Positions 57,669-64,000 of a stretch of DNA of 64,000 nucleotides are shown piece after piece. Below the pieces are notes generated by a model. That model saw only the letters and a list, made by a program, of their open reading frames with translations, had not been told where the DNA came from and ran no database searches. Source of the stretch: Thermoplasmata archaeon (GTDB taxonomy: Archaea; Thermoplasmatota; Thermoplasmata; Lutacidiplasmatales; UBA184); the NCBI GenBank assembly GCA_036404475.1, contig DASWZL010000107.1, positions 77,001 to 141,000 on the forward strand, written 5' to 3'. Each line of letters opens with the position of its first letter. Positions within the stretch are counted from its first letter, which is position 1. Both the position numbers and the translations under genes were made by a program.

Positions 57669-58180
57669 CGCCTCCGGGACGATGGCACGTTGGAACGGGA
57701 GCTCGGGGTGGGGCGTGCGAGCAACGGGCAGTTGCAGAACGCCTCCGCCCGGCCGCACGTCGGGCACGTCACCCGGTCGGTCACCATCCCGAGCGGCCGG
57801 CCGCAGTTCCGGCAGTCGCGGGCCCGAGCGCATCGGGGGCACTGGGCCAGGTCGGAAGTGATCACCGTTCGACAGTACCGACAGTCCGCGGGCTCGTGCG
57901 GGTTGAAGAGCCGTCGGGCCCTGGGTTCGACCGCGGGAGCGCGGGCCGGTCGCTCGAGGTCGGCATAGGGGTTGCCGAACGCCCCGGCGACGGTCGTACG
58001 AGTTGGGTCTTGAGCGAGGGCTCCGAGCATCACGACCACGAGGCCGACGGGGGCGACGAGGAACCCGAGCTCCTGCTCGAGGTCGAGCTGCTCTCCGCCC
58101 GTGAACGCGATCGGGTAGGCGACGAGGGCGAACCCGAGACCGATGAGGAGGACGCCGATGTAAACGATCGACCGGTTCAT
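57665..58180 (-). CDS. 2-TM protein with multiple zinc ribbons
   Basis: TM hairpin followed by CRYC, CPRC, CRNC, CPTC, CNC. Confidence 0.8.
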   Translation of the reverse strand: MNRSIVYIGVLLIGLGFALVAYPIAFTGGEQLDLEQELGFLVAPVGLVVVMLGALAQDPTRTTVAGAFGNPYADLERPARAPAVEPRARRLFNPHEPADCRYCRTVITSDLAQCPRCARARDCRNCGRPLGMVTDRVTCPTCGRAEAFCNCPLLARPTPSSRSNVPSSRRR

Positions 58181-58290
58181 TCGACCCGCCGGTGGGCCCC
58201 TCCCGCCCCTGGCGTCGAGGACGGCCGACCTTCCACTTAAACCGGACGGCCGGAGGTCTCGCTTTTCATCTCGAGGGTTGTCCCACGGGT

Positions 58291-58761
58291 ATGGCGCAGC
58301 CGTCGGCGACCCTTCGCACGACCTTGGGAGACATCCGCATCGACCTTTTCCGCGACCGCGCTCCCAAGACGGTCGAGAACTTCGTGACGCTCGTTCGGAA
58401 GGGGTTCTACAACGGACTCGCCTTCCACCGCGTCATCCCCGGGTTCATGATCCAGGGGGGATGCCCGAAGGGCGACGGGACGGGCGGCCCGGGGTACACG
58501 ATCCCCGACGAGTTCGACCCCACGCTGCGGCACGACGGCCCGGGGGTCCTCTCGATGGCGAACGCCGGCCCCAACACCGGCGGGAGCCAGTTCTTCATCA
58601 CCCTGGCCGCGACCCCCTGGCTCGACCGCAAGCATGCCGTGTTCGGCAAGGTCCGCTCCGGCCAGGACGTGGTGGAGAAGATCGCGGCGGTCCCGCGGGA
58701 CGCGCACGACCGACCGCGGACGCCCGTCCGCATCGTCGAAGCGACGGTCGCGGGAGCGTAG
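58291..58761 (+). CDS. Cyclophilin-type peptidyl-prolyl isomerase
   Basis: [39 protein letters not shown]. Confidence 0.95.
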   Translation: MAQPSATLRTTLGDIRIDLFRDRAPKTVENFVTLVRKGFYNGLAFHRVIPGFMIQGGCPKGDGTGGPGYTIPDEFDPTLRHDGPGVLSMANAGPNTGGSQFFITLAATPWLDRKHAVFGKVRSGQDVVEKIAAVPRDAHDRPRTPVRIVEATVAGA

Positions 58762-58772
58762 GCGTAGCCCGG

Positions 58773-59273
58773 TCACGCCGGGAAGTCGAACGGTAAGCGT
58801 TCCTTCGGCGACCGTGCGTCCTCGAAGGTGATGAGGAGCCCCACGACGATCCCGATCGCCGGCACGACCATCGCCAGCTCGAGGAACATCGAATACCCCG
58901 CCGCGACAGACGCCGACCCGCCGGGGATGACGAGCCGGTAGGGCGAGAGCGTGAGCGCGTAGAGTAGGTAGAGAAGCGCCATGAGAGACACGGCGACCGA
59001 CAGCGGCCCGTAGGCCCGGGTCGGTTTCGAGATGTATCGGGCGGTGCCGAGCGCGAGCAGGACAAGGCCCCAGGCCTCCACTTCGAAGATCGAGATTGGG
59101 AGGGCAATCCCCCGGGAATTGACGAAGGTGAGGGCGGCGACCGGCAGGGCCACCAGGAGGAAGAACGACGGGATGAGACGCAACGCGGCGACGAGGATGC
59201 GGTAGCCGAGCGACGGGATCTGGTATCCCCCGGTCTCCTGCGCCGGAACGACGACCCGCCCCGAGACGCTCAC
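58773..59273 (-). CDS. 4-TM hypothetical membrane protein
   Basis: Hydrophobic helices; GTGA coupling to upstream gene. Confidence 0.75.
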   Translation of the reverse strand: MSVSGRVVVPAQETGGYQIPSLGYRILVAALRLIPSFFLLVALPVAALTFVNSRGIALPISIFEVEAWGLVLLALGTARYISKPTRAYGPLSVAVSLMALLYLLYALTLSPYRLVIPGGSASVAAGYSMFLELAMVVPAIGIVVGLLITFEDARSPKERLPFDFPA

Positions 59274-60094
59274 GGGATTGCCTCCGGGGGAAGCGGGGTC
59301 GTGCCGCCCGCGCTCGAGTAGGTGGCCAGCAACTGGCCCCCGGACGGGGAACAGCCCGGGCTTAGGGTCGCGGTATCCGTATGGTCGTAGAGCGATCCCG
59401 CGGGGACGTCAAGCGGGAAGGAGCCGCCCCCGCAGTCGACGAAGTTCGACGACTCGATGACGAACGCGAGCGTTCCCACGTCGGGGGAACTCGCGTGGTC
59501 CGAGAATGTCACCACGATGGGGACGGTGATGGCCCCACCCCCGCCCGAGGGGGTTCCGACGCTGGCGTGGAAGCCCTCGAAGGGGGCTCCCCAGTAGCGC
59601 GTCTCGGAGAGCGAAACGGAGAGGGGGAACAGGTAGGCGTAGGTCGCGTTCCCCCAGGCGTTCACGGCGAGGTACTGGTCCTCGGTGAGCAGGGACTTCG
59701 TCGGGCCGGAGGCTGAGACCGGCAGGTAGAGCGCGATGGGAAAGACCCCGGTCGTGGAGGGCGCGATGTCGTTCGGTCCCACGCCGAAGGCCCCGAGGAA
59801 TACGCCCGCGCTGTTCGCGATGCGGGCGGTCAGCGTGACCCCCTGGATCGGATAGAGCCCGGGGTTCGACAGCGTGAACGACCCGGCGACCGCGACCGTT
59901 CCGTTCGACGCGAACGACGCCGACAGCGAGCGCGACTGCACGCTCGAGCGCGCGACCTCGACCGCCGAGTACGCGACCGTCCCCGCGAAGATGACGAGGG
60001 CGATCAGCACGATCGCGCTGACCCAGCGCAGCGCCCGCGCAACGCGGTAGATCGCGGGAGGTCGCCGATGCCTGGGGACGAGCAACGCGGCCAC
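59270..60094 (-). CDS. Membrane-anchored beta-rich (LEA_2-like) hypothetical protein
   Basis: N-terminal TM, TLSNPGLYPI, beta-rich ectodomain; GTG start inferred. Confidence 0.7.
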   Translation of the reverse strand: MAALLVPRHRRPPAIYRVARALRWVSAIVLIALVIFAGTVAYSAVEVARSSVQSRSLSASFASNGTVAVAGSFTLSNPGLYPIQGVTLTARIANSAGVFLGAFGVGPNDIAPSTTGVFPIALYLPVSASGPTKSLLTEDQYLAVNAWGNATYAYLFPLSVSLSETRYWGAPFEGFHASVGTPSGGGGAITVPIVVTFSDHASSPDVGTLAFVIESSNFVDCGGGSFPLDVPAGSLYDHTDTATLSPGCSPSGGQLLATYSSAGGTTPLPPEAIP

Positions 60095-60244
60095 TCGCGA
60101 TTCCCCCCTCTGGAGACGCGCGGCCCTCCCTTGAAAACCTATCGAGCTCCGTGAAACGGGACCCCCGTCGTCCTTGCGAGCGCGGTAGCACAAAGTAGAT
60201 GTCTGAGAGCGGAGGGTGGACCCCGACCGAGGGAGCGGAGCGCG

Positions 60245-62098
60245 ATGGAGACGGAGATCCGGGACCGGCTCCGGGAATGGGCCTCCGTCCCCTCGATCAA
60301 CTTTCCGCGGCTTTCCCCGCGTCGCGAGCACGTCGGCTTCGTGTGGGATCCCGACGGGCGGGTCGAACTCTACGTCGTGGACATTCGAGGAGGCCCACCG
60401 GTGCAGGTTACCCACGGTGACCTTCCGAAATCCCCGGACCGGTTCGCGTGGGCTCCGGACGACCGTTCCGTCGTCTTCTCCAGGGACCGGGACGGGAACG
60501 AGCTCCACGACCTGTTCCGGATCGATTGCGCTACCGGGTCGGTGACGGGACTCACCCACGACCCGACGTGTCAACGGATCGCGGTTTCGTTCAGCCCCGA
60601 CGGGCGTTGGCTCCTCTACGTCTCCGACCAAGGCCTCCCGGGCGAGGAACGGCAGCTCGACCTCTGGCGGATCCCCTCGAACGGGGGCGAGGCCGAGCGC
60701 GTCGCGCATCACCGCCAGCCCGTGAACATGTGGGCCTCCCGCTACCCCTTCTCCCCGGACGGGACCCGGGTCGCCTACGCGGCCAGCGACCAGGACGACC
60801 CCCGGGATGCCGAGGTATTCCTGACCCGACCGGGCCTCGTCGGGTCCGAGCGGGTCCTATCGGTGAAGAAAGGCTCGAAGGAGATTCCGGTGACCTGGAG
60901 CCCGGACGGTCGCTCGGTAGCGGTTCAATCCGACGCGGGCGAATTCGTTCGAGCCGGTCTGCTCGACATCGCTTCCCACCAGGCGCGGTGGCTCGGCCCG
61001 GGGACCGCCGACGAAAGCCCGGTGGACTTCTCCCCGGACGGTCGGTCGTTGCTCGTGGTTCGTTCTCGGGGGGTCCGTGCCCAACCGGTCGTGTACGACC
61101 TCGCGACCGGAGCGGAACGCGTTCTCCCGGTCCACCTCGACTTCTGGGGAGAAGTGGGATTCCTTCCGGACGGCCAACGGGTCCTGGCGGTCCGAAACAA
61201 CTCAGACCGGCCCAACAGCATTGTGACATGGGATCCGGCGGGGGGCACGATCGACGAGGTCCTGCCACCGAAGTACGGCCCGATCTCCCCGAGCGAGGTA
61301 GTACCCTCCGAAGTGATCCGGTACCCGTCGTTCGACGGCCGCGAGATCGAGGCGATACTTTATCGCCCTCGTGCTCGGACGGGCTCCGGTCCGGCTCCCG
61401 CTCTTGTCGAAGTCCATGGGGGCCCGACCTGGCAGTTCTTCGACGCGTTCGACTGCCTGACGCAGTACCTGGTCTCGCTCGGCTTCGTGGTCTTGCAGCC
61501 AAACGTGCGGGGGAGCACGGGGTACGGGTCGGTGTTCCGGGACCTCAACCTCCAGGACCTCGGAGGCGGGGACTTGAAGGACGTGGCCGCGGCCGCGGAG
61601 TACCTCCGCCGACAGCCGAGCGTCGACCCCCACCGCCTGGGCATCTACGGCGTGAGCTACGGGGGCTACCTCACCTACGCTGCTCTTACCGGGAACCCTG
61701 ACCTCTGGGCCGCCGGGGTCGCGATCGCCGGTGTGACTGACTGGAAGCTCTGCTTCGAGGAGGAGATGCCGGACCTCCGCCACTACGATCTTGAGCTGAT
61801 GGGAGACCCGGTCGAGAACGCGCCGCTCTGGCATGACCGGAGTCCGGTCTACTTCGCGCACCACCTACGAGCCCCGATCCTGATGATCCACGGTCTTCAC
61901 GACCCCCGATGCCCCGTGAACCAGGCGCGTGTGTTCCGGGACGCCCTCCTCCGGCTCGGGCGGAAGGAGGGCCGCGACTTCGAGTACCTCGAGTTCTCTG
62001 ACCAGGGCCATGGGAGCGCCGACCGCGAGCAGGTCCTTCGATCCTTCCGCCCGGCGTTCGCCTTCCTTCAACGCCACCTCCTCGATCGTCCGAGGTGA
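60245..62098 (+). CDS. S9-family peptidase (acylaminoacyl/dipeptidyl peptidase)
   Basis: WD40-like SPDG repeats, VHGGP, NVRGSTGYG, GVSYGG, HGLHDPRC, QGHG. Confidence 0.93.
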   Translation: METEIRDRLREWASVPSINFPRLSPRREHVGFVWDPDGRVELYVVDIRGGPPVQVTHGDLPKSPDRFAWAPDDRSVVFSRDRDGNELHDLFRIDCATGSVTGLTHDPTCQRIAVSFSPDGRWLLYVSDQGLPGEERQLDLWRIPSNGGEAERVAHHRQPVNMWASRYPFSPDGTRVAYAASDQDDPRDAEVFLTRPGLVGSERVLSVKKGSKEIPVTWSPDGRSVAVQSDAGEFVRAGLLDIASHQARWLGPGTADESPVDFSPDGRSLLVVRSRGVRAQPVVYDLATGAERVLPVHLDFWGEVGFLPDGQRVLAVRNNSDRPNSIVTWDPAGGTIDEVLPPKYGPISPSEVVPSEVIRYPSFDGREIEAILYRPRARTGSGPAPALVEVHGGPTWQFFDAFDCLTQYLVSLGFVVLQPNVRGSTGYGSVFRDLNLQDLGGGDLKDVAAAAEYLRRQPSVDPHRLGIYGVSYGGYLTYAALTGNPDLWAAGVAIAGVTDWKLCFEEEMPDLRHYDLELMGDPVENAPLWHDRSPVYFAHHLRAPILMIHGLHDPRCPVNQARVFRDALLRLGRKEGRDFEYLEFSDQGHGSADREQVLRSFRPAFAFLQRHLLDRPR

Positions 62099-62132
62099 CG
62101 ATCGGGCTGCCGAAGAGTGGGACAGCCTCCCC

Positions 62133-62411
62133 ATGGCGCAGATCCGGCTCTGGGTGAAGGCCGGCAGCACGACGGACGCTCTCGCTTGGGACCCGTGGCG
62201 TAAGCGCTGGGTGGTCTCCTGTCGTGCCCCGCCCACCGGCGGGGAAGCCAATCGGGCGGTGGCGGCCCTGATGGCGGACTGGCTTGGGCTGCCCCACTCG
62301 TCGGTCGACTGGGTCCGGGCGGGGTCGTCCCGCTCCAAAGTGCTGTCGGCCGATGGAATCACCGACGCGGAAGCGGACCGTCGGCTGCGCTTCCGCTGGC
62401 GGACCGGGTGA
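62133..62411 (+). CDS. DUF167 (YggU-like) protein
   Basis: LWVKAG, APPTGGEANRA, GSSRSK. Confidence 0.8.
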   Translation: MAQIRLWVKAGSTTDALAWDPWRKRWVVSCRAPPTGGEANRAVAALMADWLGLPHSSVDWVRAGSSRSKVLSADGITDAEADRRLRFRWRTG

Positions 62412-62593
62412 TGACCATTGAGCCAGGAAACCGATGGAGAGCCGCCGGGGGGGCGAGACCGAAGGGGGCAGGAACCCAGCCGGGCCCGAATCGACCCCCA
62501 ACCCCCAGGCCGACGGAAGGGGTTCCGGCGTCCGCGAGACTCCCGATCTGACCGGGTCGGCCGCGTCCCCTCAGTAAGCCTGCCGGTTCCGGA

Positions 62594-63670
62594 CTACCGG
62601 CCGTAGGAATGGCTGTAGCCCTGGCCCCAGCCGTGGCCCCAGCCGCCGTCCCGGCAAGAGCAGCTCAACCCCGTAGAGCCACCGTGGTGGTGGTCCGGGG
62701 ACGGGGGAACCGTGGAACTACTGCCCACGGTCACCGATATCGTGTGGACGATCGCGCCGAAGGAGTCGTGGATGTGCACGATGTAATGTCCGGGAGCGAG
62801 CGGCGTCCCGTTCAAGTAGATCAGGGGCACGTAGACGATGAGGCAGTGCGTCCACCGGTGGTTAACCTGATTCTGACAGACGATCTCGGTCCCGTTCGGG
62901 TACTCGATGGAGACACCGAAAGAGGTCTTTCCCACGGCACCGGTGATCTTGGCCTCAAAGTTCGAGCCCGCGATGGCCGCCGTAGTGTTGGTCGTCTCGC
63001 CCAGACCGACGTAGGGAGCCGGCTGGAAGATGCTCGGCAAGTTCGGTGACGTGGCCGACGCGCTGGGAGAACTCCACATCGAGGAGGTGGACCCCGACGC
63101 CGTGAGGCTCCATCCCCATCGGACCGCGACGGTCGGAGTGCCCCAATGGTCCTTCTGCATCACCGCGATGCTGACGGTCGACAGGGTCGCGTTGCCGACG
63201 CCCCCGTTGAAGTTGGTGGCCGAACCAAGCGTCCCGTTCTTCGTGACGGGGCTGGACCAGCCCGACCCGTTGATGGTGACGTTCGTCGGGGCGAAGTAGA
63301 ACGCGAACTTGGTGGTGGCGTTCAGCGGGATCTTGACATACACGCTCGGGAAGTGGATGAGCGTGCCGTTGTCGGCCGACCAATAACCGAGTATCTCCAC
63401 TTGGTACGAGGCACTGATATTGGAACCGGCAGGTGCCGTGGCTTGCGGAACGCCAAGCGGTATCTGCAGGGCATCGACCGGGCCGGCCGCGCTGCAGTTA
63501 TTGGTCAACCCCCCGCCGCCTCCGCCCCCACCGCCACCGCAGGCGGCCGCAAGTCCCGACACGGCCAGCAGCGCGACGATGGCAATTCCGGCGGTGGTGC
63601 TACCAAAGGGCAGTCGGAAGGGCTTCCGCACGGCGGACGCCTGGGTCAAGTTTGCATCCCGGGTCTTCAT
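62594..63670 (-). CDS. Secreted/lipoprotein-like glycoprotein with poly-Gly linker and His/Gly/Trp tail
   Basis: Hydrophobic signal ending LAAAC, about 10 Gly, many N-x-T/S sequons; TATA-like ttatac on minus strand near 63701-63706. Confidence 0.75.
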   Translation of the reverse strand: MKTRDANLTQASAVRKPFRLPFGSTTAGIAIVALLAVSGLAAACGGGGGGGGGGLTNNCSAAGPVDALQIPLGVPQATAPAGSNISASYQVEILGYWSADNGTLIHFPSVYVKIPLNATTKFAFYFAPTNVTINGSGWSSPVTKNGTLGSATNFNGGVGNATLSTVSIAVMQKDHWGTPTVAVRWGWSLTASGSTSSMWSSPSASATSPNLPSIFQPAPYVGLGETTNTTAAIAGSNFEAKITGAVGKTSFGVSIEYPNGTEIVCQNQVNHRWTHCLIVYVPLIYLNGTPLAPGHYIVHIHDSFGAIVHTISVTVGSSSTVPPSPDHHHGGSTGLSCSCRDGGWGHGWGQGYSHSYGR

Positions 63671-63832
63671 AGAGGCTCCGTAAGGAGGGATGAGGGTGAC
63701 GTATAACTCAAGATTAAGGTATCGCCCATGCGCATTCATGCGGAGCGCGCCCTGTTTGCCGTGCTCGAAAGGAATCGATCCCGGCGTTCCGAAAGGAGTG
63801 CCTTTCGGGCGGTCGCCCGGGCGTGACGCGAC

Positions 63833-64000
63833 TCACTTCGCCAGTTGATTGATCTCTCGGGTGCTCAGCAGCGCCTTGGGCGCGCCATGCTGGGCGGTGT
63901 GGATCATCGCGCGTCCCACCTTTTCCGTGGTCGTGATCGAGTTCGGTGCGACGGCGGCCGCCAGGAGCACGAACGGTGCCAACACGGTGTAGAGCACTCG
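63833..64000 (-). CDS. C-terminal end of a probable NAD(P)-binding epimerase-like protein (truncated by window edge)
   Basis: ..PNSITTTEKVGRAMIHTAQHGAPKALLSTREINQLAK*. Confidence 0.6.
   Translation of the reverse strand, partial: RVLYTVLAPFVLLAAAVAPNSITTTEKVGRAMIHTAQHGAPKALLSTREINQLAK

Overview
High-GC archaeal chromosomal segment. Archaeal origin is supported by TATA-like boxes about 25-30 nt before leaderless starts, a thermopsin and C-terminally anchored surface proteins, a Bat-type HTH_10 regulator and a tRNA lacking encoded CCA. A high-GC soil/acid Thermoplasmatota lineage is inferred. The window holds about 70 mostly unlinked genes, including tmk, asnA, ribA, moaA, msrA, RNase HI, cyclophilin, ctaB, a Pat-type acyl-CoA ligase/GNAT, M2, S9 and thermopsin peptidases and an ABC exporter. 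There is one tRNA-Ala(CGC). Its 3' end is repeated 1.9 kb downstream, bracketing an integrase-free islet with a short divergent pyruvate kinase, and an IS630 HTH remnant lies nearby. Best leads: (1) a 12-TM protein with His (TM2) and HxH (TM6) but no CuB motifs, followed by a conserved 7-TM protein and divergent from heme O synthase; (2) two paralogs of an unknown family resembling a degenerate RecA/KaiC fold; (3) eukaryote-like modules (FYVE-spaced Zn finger, GRAM/PH plus Zn ribbon, tandem C2H2); (4) small ORFs below the ORF-track cutoff. No CRISPR array or rRNA was seen. All family calls come from motif recognition by eye, not database searches.
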